43,943 bases of DNA from Nemertoderma westbladi (GCA_032718475.1 JAUCBJ010008307.1:1-43943), one strand, 5' to 3'; positions 11,828-23,881 are shown, numbered from the stretch's first letter. The notes: generated by a model not told the origin, from the sequence alone. Translations and numbers: made by a program.

Positions 11828-12395
11828 TGTAGGCTGAGCTGTTGTCTGATTGTTGTTAAGTCTGAACGGATTGCAGTGTGTGTAGATCACCTGTCCGATA
11901 AAGAACGGTTAGGAAGTAGGGGCAGCCAATACTGTAAGGTAAACCCCCAACTAAAGAATAAGTCGTACTACTGGGTTAGAACGCATACTACCTAATCATT
12001 TCGGAGTCTGCATGTCCTGTAGTTTATTTAGGCTTGAGAGTAGTCTGCCATCGTTTAGTCTGTACTTTGTTTGTGTAGTCTGTACAGGTAGCGTATAATA
12101 TTTATTTAGATAATTTGTAGGCTGGATAGTTGTCTGGCTGTTATTAGGTCTGAAGGATTGCAGTGTGTGTAGAGCCTCTGTCCGATAAAGGACGGTTAGG
12201 AAGTAGGGGCAGCCAAAGCTGTAAGGTAAACCCCCATCTAAAGAATAAGTCGTACTACTGGGTTAGAACGCATACTACCTAACCATTTCGGAGTCTGCAT
12301 GTCCTGTAGTTTATTTAGGCTTGATAGTAGTCTGTCAGTATTTGGTCTGCATTTTGTTTGAGTGGTTTGTACGTGTAGCGTAATATTTATTATTC
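11827..12395. repeat. Two-copy ~288-bp tandem repeat in the element leader
   Basis: Units start TTGTAGGCTG at ~11827 and ~12115. Confidence 0.9.
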
Positions 12396-13701
12396 AGAGT
12401 TTATGCGATTATTCGCAACATTCATTCCCCAAGTTTGTTCCTACAGTAATTGTGTTTGTTATACATACTGCTATAGTTAAATTAACCCCGGTACTACACG
12501 GGCTGCTTGGCGTAGGTAAAGACTGGTGATTTTGTGCACCGGTCACTCCAGCAGATGCCGTGGTTCTTTTAGCTATTCAAGTATATTTAACTACTGATTA
12601 TATGTTGTACAAGTACTCGTACCTAATTTAGGGTTTAGTGTACAGTGCTTTCCGAAAGTAATTAGTGTAGACATTATATTTGTGTTGTAAAGTGGTTGAT
12701 AGGCACGTTCGATTAGCTCTATTAACTTCTAGGTAGGAACACTCCGTGATACATAACGTAGTACCTATAGCGATACGGCTATAGGTCGTCAAGCGGTGGT
12801 ATTTTCCTATCTGGACAACGCAGTGTATTTACTACTACTTATTATTTTCAAATACCGTAGTACCCTGTCCGTTGTAATAACCAGATTTCTAACCCTTTGT
12901 TAGGCTGGTTTGTAGACTTCTTGTAAAATTACCCTGAAAATTCGTATTTGTGTTTTTGTAAATTTTTGTGTTTATTTAGAGATTGTAATCTCACCCGAAT
13001 TGTACGTAATTTGTAGTATTAAGTAACTTAGGTAAATTAGCATTATTTGTTTTAGTGTCCTATAAGTAACACTTCACTGAAAGCGCACCGCTTTGTGTAG
13101 TGATTACTCCCCAGAAATAATAACATTTATTTCAAACATTGACAAAACCCATTAAAACGGGTATATATATATTATAAATCAAATCTAACGATTTATAAAT
13201 AGTAGGCCTACCATACAACCATTAGGTCTCAATATCAGTTGGACTCCTGCTCAAATAACGGTAATAAAGTAAGTAAAGTAACCAAGTAACCCTAAAATTC
13301 AGAAATTCAATTATTTAAAATAATTGATATACCGGTATTTACGATAGGCCTATTATCTTTATTTCTATAAATTTAGGCTGAAATTATACCGGTACTTGTA
13401 ATTAATTCTAGTCCAGAATTATATATACTACAAACTGTAAGCTGTATACCGGTATTCCCGATAGGCCTATTATATATTTATATATATTTGTGCTAAAATT
13501 ATACCGGTATTCTGTGATAAATCTAGTCTGTAATAATACTTATATATACTATAAGCATACCGGTATTCTAATATATTATATATATCACGCTACACTGAGT
13601 AGCAGTATCGGTAATTAATTACTAGGCTAGCAGTTAATACTGAATTACTAGACTTGCTTAGACTGTAATATAGCAGTAGGCATTCAACTGTACACATAAA
13701 C

Positions 13702-16599
13702 ATGTCTGATACTAAGCAGAACCTGTCAGACAGTTTATTAGATGTAACTATCTGCGACTCAGACAGAGGTGTAGAACCGTCTAGTCGTAAGTTCAGTTCA
13801 CCTCCCACTGTGAGGAAGGTCATCCCTCCTGTAGTAATAACAGAACCTAGGCTGGTCCAACATCGTAGGTCTATCATAGGCACTCGAGCTCAGGTCAAGC
13901 GGGACCAAGAAGCAGCAGAACAGCAACAACCCGCGAGCCAAGAACTTATTTCTCAATGGCCCAACCGCTCCAGTAGTGAGGATACTGTAGAGCTGACACC
14001 CGAGCGCGGAGCAAGGATGACGGATGTGGTTTATTCGGATCCCCTTCTCATCCTTCCTGCAGCCGTACTCACTAGGTTATTGATTGCGGTGGAAGAACAC
14101 CAGATCGATTGGGCGAGAAGTCAGCGATCAACTAGAGATAGTTATGCGGGATACACGAGGGAAGAACTGAAGTCTATTGTCGAGTCGCAATGGAACTTCC
14201 CCGGACCCGGACTCCCGTTTGATTTATCAGAAGCTGCCTGGGAAGACATACACCGGATGGGAGTAGCCAAGGAAACCATCGATCCAGCTGTGTGGAAGAG
14301 GTCCGCAGCCGGATACGCACAGGGATTCTTCAGCTCTATGGAGCGAGTAGAAAAACAACTGTTACAACAACCTCAAGGACCTCAAGAGCAGGGACAACTG
14401 CTTTATCAAGTTAGAGAAAGAATTCTGCGAATCAGGCTAATATTATCAGCCTTTGAAGAGGCTTCTAAAAGAAGACAAGACACGTCGTTGCAAGTTGCCG
14501 TAAAGACTTGGTTTCAACGGGTGAGTCGCCAGGTTCAAGGAACAGCTCAGTGGAAAGCTCAGCTGGAGGAGCGCTCAACCCATGGAGAATCAACAGACGC
14601 TACTTTTTCCCAAGTGGAAAGTGAAGCGACGGCAGAGAAACCGCATAAGAGGGATGCCATTGACATCTATCTGTCAGACTATCAACGTTTTTTAGGTGAT
14701 GACGAGTTGAGGAGAAGGTTAGAGGGACTTAGCCCTAATAGTGAAGGAACCAAGCTTGTGCTGGACGCAATCGATGCGGAAATGTTAGCGGCGAACCAGG
14801 CTAAATTTGATGAACAACTCCGCCTGACACGAGTCCAAGAAGAACAAGTAAAGAAAAAACGTATAGAAGACAGAAAGACAGCGGCAGTGGCAGCAGCAGT
14901 GGCAGCGGCAGAAGCAGAAAGAAAAGCGGCAGTGGCAGCGGCAGTAGCAGAGGCAGAAGCCGAAAGAAAAGTGGCAGCGGCAGCGGCCGAAGCAGAAAGA
15001 AAGGCGGCTGTAACAGCGGCCGAGGCAGTAGCAGAAGCAGAACGGAGAGCTTCCGAAGAAACCACCCAATTAGAATTGGAAAATATTCAGGAGAATCAAG
15101 ACTGCATAAATAAACAGTTAACAGCTAGTAATATGCAGATGATGAATCGATCTACTCCCAAAAGACAGGGATATACATCATCTGAGGAAGGCGATACCAC
15201 CGATACTGAAGGCAAAGGAAATAGATCTCGTCTAAGCAGACGTAAAGGAACATTCCACCGTCAGAAATTGCCTGATTTGCCTCCAGCTGTTAGAAGGCAA
15301 CTAAATAACACCAACTTAGGTAGTACAGAGCCCACAGACCAAATAATTAAAATAGAAAGACTCCCTACTATAGTAGATGAGCCTGAAATAATTAGGCCTG
15401 TTCTTGAAATCACCCCTTCGGTGATAGACACACCTGTACTCCCTGAAGTTACCTCTAAATTCCCTCTGCACAGCACTAAGCTACCTGTGCCCAGTAGAAC
15501 AGCCCATGAGACAGTTCAGGTCCTGGACCCCGAGCGAAATATTCATGATTTGTCGCCCGTTGTCCCTCGTCCGCCCGCTACAACGTTGGCGACTCCCGCT
15601 TCTGCGGTCGAATGGGTGGACGAGAGACGGCGGGGGATGGATCTCCTGCTCGGGCAGATGCAGGAGACTGTTCAGCAATTCAAGGGCACAGTAAGGGAAA
15701 GTAGACTAGAGTTGCAAGAAGTGCAGCAAAATATCGCGCTAGAACGTGATAAATTAGTAAATTTACAAAAGGGTATACCACCACCCCTTGTAACAATGTG
15801 TCAACCTGTTAGGTCTGAAGTATCTCATGCGCAAGGTGTGGAGCCTACACGCATCTATACTGCTAGCGAAGTAGAAACTCCTATAGTGAACCCTATTAAG
15901 GGTAATTATAAACCTGTTGATAATGATATTCCCTATAGACCGGATCATAATCCGAGAAATTTATATACCGATAACTCGATATTAAATAACACGATGGCCC
16001 AAGAAAGTTTTACGCGTCAAATGGCTAGAACCGAAGCCCGGCAAGCGGTAAAGGTGGGAGAGATCGTCAAGTTCAATGGAGATGAGATGAAATGGTTACC
16101 TTTTAATGAATATTACAAAGATAACATACAGAACTCTGTGCTATCTAATGGAGAGAAACTTAGATTCCTCATCGAGTGCTTGGAAGGATCTCCCAAGTCA
16201 ATGGCGTTAAAATTTATTGGACATCCAGATGGATTAAGACAAGTTTGGGATACACTGAACATCAGGTATGGTAATAGGACTAACATAGCTAGGTATTTAT
16301 ATGTGAAATTAATGGCGCCCCGAAAGTTTCTTAGCAGCGGGATTATAGAGTTTTCCGATGAGATTCAGGAGATCTGTAGACAACTAGATTGGTTAGGTAA
16401 GTCTCATGAATACCAGAATTCTATGGTTGTAGGAGCCTTAGCATCTACTTTGCCCAAGGGTGGAGTAGGTACACGCTGGGATAAGAAGGTGTTATATATG
16501 ATGGAACAACAACGACGAGACCCTACCATGACTGATCTCATGTCATTCTTAGATAGAAATGAAATACGTGAAATGAAAGACCCTGTATTTCTAACCTAA
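13702..16599 (+). CDS. BEL/Pao Gag, N-terminal part (coiled coil, Ala/Glu repeats, DUF1759-like capsid region)
   Basis: 965-aa ORF with KFNGDEMKWLPF...LSNGEKLRFLIECLEG...WDTLNIRYG...DPVF. Confidence 0.88.
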   Translation: MSDTKQNLSDSLLDVTICDSDRGVEPSSRKFSSPPTVRKVIPPVVITEPRLVQHRRSIIGTRAQVKRDQEAAEQQQPASQELISQWPNRSSSEDTVELTPERGARMTDVVYSDPLLILPAAVLTRLLIAVEEHQIDWARSQRSTRDSYAGYTREELKSIVESQWNFPGPGLPFDLSEAAWEDIHRMGVAKETIDPAVWKRSAAGYAQGFFSSMERVEKQLLQQPQGPQEQGQLLYQVRERILRIRLILSAFEEASKRRQDTSLQVAVKTWFQRVSRQVQGTAQWKAQLEERSTHGESTDATFSQVESEATAEKPHKRDAIDIYLSDYQRFLGDDELRRRLEGLSPNSEGTKLVLDAIDAEMLAANQAKFDEQLRLTRVQEEQVKKKRIEDRKTAAVAAAVAAAEAERKAAVAAAVAEAEAERKVAAAAAEAERKAAVTAAEAVAEAERRASEETTQLELENIQENQDCINKQLTASNMQMMNRSTPKRQGYTSSEEGDTTDTEGKGNRSRLSRRKGTFHRQKLPDLPPAVRRQLNNTNLGSTEPTDQIIKIERLPTIVDEPEIIRPVLEITPSVIDTPVLPEVTSKFPLHSTKLPVPSRTAHETVQVLDPERNIHDLSPVVPRPPATTLATPASAVEWVDERRRGMDLLLGQMQETVQQFKGTVRESRLELQEVQQNIALERDKLVNLQKGIPPPLVTMCQPVRSEVSHAQGVEPTRIYTASEVETPIVNPIKGNYKPVDNDIPYRPDHNPRNLYTDNSILNNTMAQESFTRQMARTEARQAVKVGEIVKFNGDEMKWLPFNEYYKDNIQNSVLSNGEKLRFLIECLEGSPKSMALKFIGHPDGLRQVWDTLNIRYGNRTNIARYLYVKLMAPRKFLSSGIIEFSDEIQEICRQLDWLGKSHEYQNSMVVGALASTLPKGGVGTRWDKKVLYMMEQQRRDPTMTDLMSFLDRNEIREMKDPVFLT

Positions 16600-16790
16600 A
16601 TGTGTATAATCGCGAACAATATGAGTAAATAGTTATTGTTTTTCTTCTTTTTTCTTTTTTCTTTTTAATAATATATTCATAGAAGTTAGTTACCATGTTG
16701 TATGATATATATATTTTGTGATCATATATATTAAATAATTTTACTATGTGCAATTGCATGAAATAAAGAATATAATAATAATAAAGAGAA

Positions 16791-18875
16791 GTGAAATTAC
16801 AGCTCCTAAGGCAGTCCAGAGAGAAGACATTGGAAAACAAGGTAAGTGAGAAACCCGTTTCTAGGAGAAGGGTAACACCAGTATGTTATACCGACGACGG
16901 TGAAAGCCAAACTTCTCAAGGAGAGGACAACGGGAAAGACACTGACAGATCTTATTATGTCAATAAAATGCCTAAAGATCAGGTAAGTAAATCCAAGTCT
17001 CGACCCAATGACAGAAGGGAACCGGTACAAAAAACCCTTCCTACGTCTCCTAAAAGAATTCAGGTGAGAAAGCCCGAGGAAAGAACAAGTGTGCACCACA
17101 TAGCACAGGTTAAAGTAAGTAACATCAAGCCGAAATGTGTGCTGTGCGACGGGCCCCACCGTTTAAATGCGTGTGATAAATTCCTGAGGAAATCACTAAA
17201 GGATAGACGTGAAGTCATGTGGGATAAGCGGTTGTGTTATAATTGCCTCAGACGAGGACACCAACGGCGAACCTGTTACTCCGACGCAAGGTGTGCAAAG
17301 TGCGGCGCAAAACATCATATCTTGTTGCACACGGAATTCGAACGAAACAGCCCGAGTCAGGTAAGTGAGTCCGAACTACATGTCCAATTCAGTGATGTGA
17401 ACGACACTGATCAATCTGAGATGGAAGGATTCTATACGGACGAGTTCTCCGACGAAAACGAATCCTGTTACTTAATAAACACCACCGCAGTGTATCGAGC
17501 ACTCATGTATGAGAAAGACACAGACAGCGACCTCACCCTAACTACTTCAGATCAACAACCATCTTGGAAAGCGCCAACTTCCAATATAGGAATCCGAGAA
17601 TTTCCTGTAGTCCAGTTACGGGTCCACGGACCTCAGAAGAGCTATATAGTGAACGCCCTCCTGGACTCCGGTAGCACAGGAACATTCATCGATAAAGAAC
17701 TAGCCGAAGTCATCTTTGCTGGACAACCCAAGTTCCGAACCAAGCTAAACATGTCAGGGATCATGCAGGTTTGGAATTCTACTGTAGCTGCCGACTATTA
17801 TATAGGTGAGTTGTCCACTCCACAGGATAAACTAGGAGAATACAGTATAAGGTCAGTAAAAATGGTGGCAATAAAGAACTTCGCTACCACCCAAGTGGAA
17901 CCTTATAATTGGGACGAAGATGATCATGCCCAACAACTTAACATCCCTAGATTCGACACCGATTATCCTGGAGTACAAATATTAATCGGTCAAAACGCGC
18001 ATGAGGCGCTGGAGACATTAGAGAAACGACCTACTCAACCGCAACCACTTCAGACCTATGCGGTAAGAACTAGAGTAGGTTGGTACCTTACTGGACCTTC
18101 CCGTAGAACGCTCAGAGAAAGACTGCTTCAAGATCGCGTCTGCCAGGTGAGTGAATGGGAAGATGATACTAGTGAGGGAGACGACCCAACTGAGGGAACA
18201 CCATACTCCTCAGATAATGACGATATTAGCTCCAATGTAGATCAATGGAGATATTGCCCCAAGAAGTTTAATCCAACTGACATCGCTTCCAGAGGAGCAA
18301 CTCCTCAAGAACTGACAGATACTACAGACCGGTTAGGTGAACCCGACTTCCTGAGTAAGGAGGATGAATGGCCTCCCCATCTTACTCCGACTGAGATTAG
18401 ACCAGCCAAGGGAGCGGAGAAAGTTAAACCTAAAACCCGGACGGGTGGAGCGGAGTTATTTGAACCCGGGATAGATCTGTCGGTATTACATATTGCCAGG
18501 GACGACGCCGTGGATCTGGACCTCCCCACCGCGAGTGGATCCTTCATGAAGATCAGAGAGAGCGATTGGAGCTCTGGAACATCAGACGTCTCGCAGGGAC
18601 TCTCACCTCTCCTGCAGGGAGCGACGGACCACTATAACTCCTGGAATCGGCTTTGTAAGGCCGTCGTGTACTTAGAGCGATGTTTCTATCGTCACTATTC
18701 CAGGACGAAGAGGAAACCTGGAATTGTATTCGGGATGCAGCGACTCAATCACCCAGTCGGTCGTTTGTGTTTACCGGAAGGGAATGGAGGACTCTCCGGA
18801 AACTGTGGAAGGCAAGATTCTCTTCCCACGACCACCTCCCTAATCCTTCAAATATCTAGGGACTCCATAACGTAA
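16791..18875 (+). CDS. BEL/Pao Gag zinc knuckles and aspartic protease fused to a late/post-RNase H remnant (RT, most of RNase H and integrase deleted)
   Basis: Triple knuckle CVLCDGPH..C / CYNCLRRGH..C / CAKCGAKHHILLH; ALLDSGS; ILIG; AVRTRVGW; then QWRYCPKKFNPTDIASRG and YNSWNRL. No YVDD-type RT or DDE integrase motif. No ATG start. Confidence 0.88.
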   Translation: MKLQLLRQSREKTLENKVSEKPVSRRRVTPVCYTDDGESQTSQGEDNGKDTDRSYYVNKMPKDQVSKSKSRPNDRREPVQKTLPTSPKRIQVRKPEERTSVHHIAQVKVSNIKPKCVLCDGPHRLNACDKFLRKSLKDRREVMWDKRLCYNCLRRGHQRRTCYSDARCAKCGAKHHILLHTEFERNSPSQVSESELHVQFSDVNDTDQSEMEGFYTDEFSDENESCYLINTTAVYRALMYEKDTDSDLTLTTSDQQPSWKAPTSNIGIREFPVVQLRVHGPQKSYIVNALLDSGSTGTFIDKELAEVIFAGQPKFRTKLNMSGIMQVWNSTVAADYYIGELSTPQDKLGEYSIRSVKMVAIKNFATTQVEPYNWDEDDHAQQLNIPRFDTDYPGVQILIGQNAHEALETLEKRPTQPQPLQTYAVRTRVGWYLTGPSRRTLRERLLQDRVCQVSEWEDDTSEGDDPTEGTPYSSDNDDISSNVDQWRYCPKKFNPTDIASRGATPQELTDTTDRLGEPDFLSKEDEWPPHLTPTEIRPAKGAEKVKPKTRTGGAELFEPGIDLSVLHIARDDAVDLDLPTASGSFMKIRESDWSSGTSDVSQGLSPLLQGATDHYNSWNRLCKAVVYLERCFYRHYSRTKRKPGIVFGMQRLNHPVGRLCLPEGNGGLSGNCGRQDSLPTTTSLILQISRDSIT

Positions 18876-19422
18876 CAACATATGGAGTGGGTGTGTGACT
18901 CTATTATTTTATATTATTTTATTATTTTTATATTTCTGTATGTATTACTATGTAATTTTATTATAATCGTTTTCTTTAATTTTATTCAGTAGAATGTTAT
19001 TTTAGCGATTATTTAGTAGATTAGTGCAATATATATTCGCGTTTATTACTTAATTACGTATATATTATATTTAATGCGACGGCAAGAAATAATTCTTTTT
19101 CTCTTTCCTTACTGTCCGTATCATATTATAAATACGTGACTACAGTAAGATGAAATGTCCGTACTTATTAAAGTACAATAAAGCCACTACTATATTTAAG
19201 TATTATTGGTAGGCAGAGTATTAGGAATGCAAAGTTCAGATCCTCGTGTCTCGGCTAAACCAAGCTCTGGGTAGACCTTGGAAACGACTTGCCTCTTCAC
19301 ACTGACATTGCTTCGTGCGATATTGCTCTCATACCATATATAATAATACATATAGTAGCGTGATGTCCCTCTAACAGTAGCGTAAAACGCACATAAATCT
19401 GTTAAACCTTTTGACCATCTGT

Positions 19423-19720
19423 AATTCTAGTCGATTAAGATATCGCGGCACCCACCGATATACTTGAAAGACAAATTATAGAATCAGTGGTTAACGTCCC
19501 CAGACAAGTTCTGGAATAAATCGGTGCCCATCTCAAATATTAATTATTTAATATTTGCAAATCTAATAAATCAAAATCTGTAAAATTCAGATCCTTCAAC
19601 AATTCTAGTCAATTAAGATATCGTAGCATTTACCGATATTCTTAAAAAGACAATTGTCATAGAATTAAGGATCTTGTGTCCCCAGACATATTCTAGAATC
19701 AAAATATGTCCATTTAATTA
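19423..19720. repeat. Diverged two-copy ~178-bp repeat in the element 3' region
   Basis: AATTCTAGTC(G/A)ATTAAGATATCG at 19423 and 19601. Confidence 0.8.
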
Positions 19721-21929
19721 TTAAATAATAAAATTTCAGGGAATAATTTAAATTCATGCCTTTTAATGAATTTAATAAATTGCCATTTTTACGCAATTTA
19801 TAACATTCCCAAAATTCCATTAATTAATAGATCACGGGAGCGGAGATTTATCTTCTTATGCGGATGAGTGTGCGAAAGTCTCCCAAACATAGTCAATAGC
19901 CGATAAAATTCATAAAGTCATGTATAAAACAGAGCATTGATCATTAAAGAATTACTATTAAATAACATCCCAGATCTGTATGCATTGGAATTACCCTAAT
20001 TCTACCGCTAGCTTTGCATAATGTCACCATAGCAACAACCACGCTAGAATTAGAATTGAGTTAAAAGAACAATAGAAAGCTTGTCCCATTGAATAGCATA
20101 CAGAATAAATAGCGCACTGCTAGTATCCAAGGATACATAATAATACAGTGACATTCTGGAAGGCATTGACTAACGGACAAGTGACCCGAGTGTGTGTAAT
20201 TTGTGACAAGTTGTGTGTGTGGTATTTGTGAGTTTATAGGCGAATGTTACTACTAAGGTGTGTTTACAGTAGCGAGTCGCAATTGTGAAAGTAACCCTAA
20301 CTCTCCAGTAAAAACCTGAAGTACATCTAAGCCTTTGGGACGGACAGTCGAGTGACTTGTGCCGGTTGTCGTTGTCATTGTGCGGCTACGTCGTTGGCGA
20401 AAGTACAGCGGCGACGACACATCGGCGCTGAGGATCTCGTACTGTCCGGGGGTTGATTGGGGTAGGCAGCGACGCCCGCTCGCCTAAATATAAACTCATT
20501 ATAATATGGATAAACTCATATATAGCAGATATGACGGAGTTGATAGAAGATGGTCTTAGTATCGGGGAGCGATATACTCTACTTTTACAAGCGTTTGTTG
20601 ATAGCTTAATACGCGGCGACGTTAGTCCAACTGCTGCGGAGGACGATGGTCGTTATATCGAACCGCCAATGTCCCAAGAGCAGCTCGCGCCAGTTGGACT
20701 ATAGAAAATTCGCTGCTCGATATACGCAGCGTAATGGTACGTATATGGTCTTCTTAACTACTGGTCATCCTATCGATTTACATAATACGGACTATGTCGA
20801 CTATATATCCTGCCCAGCGGAGTCGGAACCATAAACTGAAATTCGAATGCGAAAATTCTATTCGAAATCGACTCGAAAGAAAATACATTAAAGAAACAAA
20901 TAAACGCGGTAACTCCAACATATATTTGGAATTCTTGATAGAAGCATTGTAACAACAAATAAATATCATCCGCGTTTCCCCTACCAGACGTGCGTCTTTG
21001 GTATTATTACGGTAAATGCCCTAGACCCAACTAATAAACGGAAAGACATAAACATCCACGGAAACGTTGTGTTAAACACAGTTGTGCTCGTTATATTTAC
21101 TGGAGTTTCGAGCGAAACTTGTTTGACGTATCACCTATGCTCACTCGGCTCGAACGATCCTGGAGTAAACCTACGATCAGAGTCCCGGAATACTCGGTCA
21201 AACCTCCTCATTCCTTAGTTGGACCTCAGACCTGCGATCCTGGTGGTGTCGCGGATCCTCGCGGACTGTATTCACTGTTCAAAGATCTAGTGCTACCCTA
21301 ACAATTAATCGGTAACACTCCGACAGTGATTTCTAGCTAGCCGCCCATCTTACCTAGCCGGATTGTGACGCAGACACCTAATATCACTATCCAACCGTAT
21401 GGTCGTCCCGTTTAACGCGATACAACCCTTCATCAAGGTGAAGGAGAGCGTTGTACGAAACGAGTTAAACGCTATTCTATAAAGATCAAAAAAGAAACCT
21501 GCGTTTGTTCAGATAAACGTAAGTTATAACAGTAAGTCCAATCGATAAACGAATTGGCCTTATCTCAGTTCGATTGGGAAATCTCGAATCTCTAAGAAGA
21601 TATCAAGCTTAGAAAACCCTATTCTCTGCGAGAGTTTTGGATGAACGTATCCAGCTACGAGCGGAGGAAAATCAGCTCGAGGAGAAGCATATCGAAACGG
21701 CGGATACCCCGACCATAATCCTACACCTTCTGATGCAATCATATTGCACCCTTCACCCAGGATTTATAGCCCTCCTAGTAAAGTGGCTCGCCCCAAAGAG
21801 AAAAGGACTCTTGCTAGCCTCAAAAACTGCGTAAACGCCGTCTGCGTAAGAAAGACTAACTGTTTAGAGTATCTTTATATTTTAGAAACTGTGATTTGTT
21901 ATATTTTATAGACTTAAATCCCATTTTCT

Positions 21930-21937
21930 GGGAGCGG
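21930..21937 (+). other. Short polypurine tract
   Basis: GGGAGCGG immediately before the TG of the 3' LTR. Confidence 0.6.
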
Positions 21938-23164
21938 TGTAAAAGCTTTTGCGTAATTAGCCGGTTATTATCCCCGTAAAGTACTCTGTGGTTGGTTTAC
22001 CAGGCATAAAAAGGCCGTGTCCTTGCTGTACTGGTGTTTTGGAGGACATAAAAGCCATTTCTTCTGTATTTGTACTTTAGAGGACATAATCTGCAATTTC
22101 ATGACGTAAAAAGCTCGATACTCTTGAAAACAGTGTCGCTACCATGACGACGGCTAACGGCTGATATTGCCACGTTGCCCCATAGCCCTGCTTTCTGTAT
22201 CTGCCAATAGGATTTGAGTTGGTTTTGATTTTGACCTATCACAGATCTACTGAACTGAATTTCCTATCTGTATGCTCATTCTCTGTGGTGGGTGAGATCT
22301 TTGTAGAATAAGGGTAGCTGGTATTCTTATAGTTATTCTTATCAGTTTTTAGTGTTGTTGGTGATTCTAAGCCAGGAAGAACGGCTTTAGCCCTACACTA
22401 GTAGGCTTAATTATAAGGACATATATCCGTTATCTGCATTTATCACAACATAACATACCATACCTAATCAAACAACCTGTGCATACTTTTATATTGTTAT
22501 ACTGCTATTTACTGTCAGTTCTTCATAATATGGTTGATGAATTATTATATTTGGAATAACGATAAATAACCCCGAAACCCAATATTCTTGATATACCGAA
22601 GGTAAGAGAGAAGGGTTACATATAACAATTGTGACTTATGTTAAAGTGGTTTGAAGTGAATCTAATGTTATTTGATAGACCCTACATGATTCGGTCCGTG
22701 TTCCTTTTATATGTGACTAAAATCAGTGAAGATCGGCAGATTAGTGTGCAGTATTGTGCAGCATTGTGTATGAGTGAGACTGATAACGAAGCATTTCCTA
22801 AAGAATCCGCCATATATGTGAATTGTAACTAAGCCATATCGTTGTGAGTAGTTTAAGTCATAACTCTGTTTATATAGATAGAGCGCCACGTCCTAAAGGA
22901 ACTGTTAATATTCCCCGAAGGTGAATAATATTGTCAGAGATTATATAATACTGTCAGTCGAATAATACATTAGGCTTACATAGCAATACGATTAAGCCGT
23001 CGAACCCAATCTCCCGGGTATATCCAGCGGGTGAATGATCGCGCACCGATTGGTTTCGACTAGTGTAGTGAATCAAATACTTGTCAGAGGCTAAGAGCGA
23101 TTTATTATCTAGAAGACATCCTAATTTGGCGGGTTAAACTGCCAAAGGTCTGAAAGCGCGAACA
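21938..23164 (+). repeat. 3' LTR, 1227 bp, complete
   Basis: TGTAAAAGC...GCGAACA followed by the TSD. Confidence 0.96.
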
Positions 23165-23748
23165 GGCTACTTTCTGTGTCATTTGTGTTTGCGCCATATA
23201 TATTAAACTTTTATTGTCGGCAAGACCGAATTTCAATAAATAAATATACTGGGCTGGTTCTCAATGCCTCTACGTGCGAGTATTCTGGGGTCTAACTTTG
23301 TTTATTAATTCTCGTATCACACTTATAAAGTGTGAATTTGTTGGACTCCCCATCTAACATGTGTCAGTTTCTGGAACGGACAATAATTGGATTGACTATG
23401 AATTGGTCACAACACTACGAAGTAATTACTTAGTTCAACCGCTGTTTAATCTTCTATAAAAGTTTTTAATGTATTTCGATCACACGTGAGGATGTAATCA
23501 ATAAGATGAAACGTGATTGGTGAAAGTTTGTAGTGCTGCTTCTTACAGCGAGGAAACATAAATTACCACTCCAGCAGATTATATTCATTGGAATATATTA
23601 AAAATATATTCCATAATATAACATTGAGAATAATGTCGGGTATTACCTACATATGTTAGAATATAGCTACAGTAATCAAAATTAGTATAATTATATAAAT
23701 ATACAGTGTCCGTACAACTGCGACCCAGTAAATTTATCTACAATCATG

Positions 23749-23844
23749 AGTCGCAATTGTCCGGGTCGCAATTATTGTCCGGGTCGCAATTGTCCGGGTC
23801 GCAATTATTGTCCGGGTCGCAATTATTGTCCGGGTCGCAATTGT
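23749..23844. repeat. 15/18-bp minisatellite GTCGCAATT(ATT)GTCCGG
   Basis: About six copies seen directly. Confidence 0.9.
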
Positions 23845-23881
23845 AACTAACCATTAGTCCCATGTAAACTAAGTAACTAAC

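Larger units (their letters stand above)
9937..23164 (+). mobile_element. Non-autonomous BEL/Pao LTR retrotransposon in GALNT intron 6, antisense to the host gene
   Basis: TG...CA ends, 5-bp TSD GGCTA (9932-9936 and 23165-23169), near-identical ~1.2-kb LTRs, BEL-type Gag and protease. Confidence 0.95.

Noticed and set aside
14682-15069. Antisense Ala/Cys-rich ORFs
   Set aside because: Shadows of the Gag Ala/Glu repeat.
16597-16784. Ciliate-style TA-bounded internal eliminated sequence
   Set aside because: The most natural TA-to-TA excision leaves a TAA stop, TA is abundant by chance here, and the host looks metazoan.
20453-21733. A single long ORF in an alternative genetic code (TAA/TAG = Gln)
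   Set aside because: The same frame has two TGA stops between 20830 and 20940, and neighbouring genes use the standard code.
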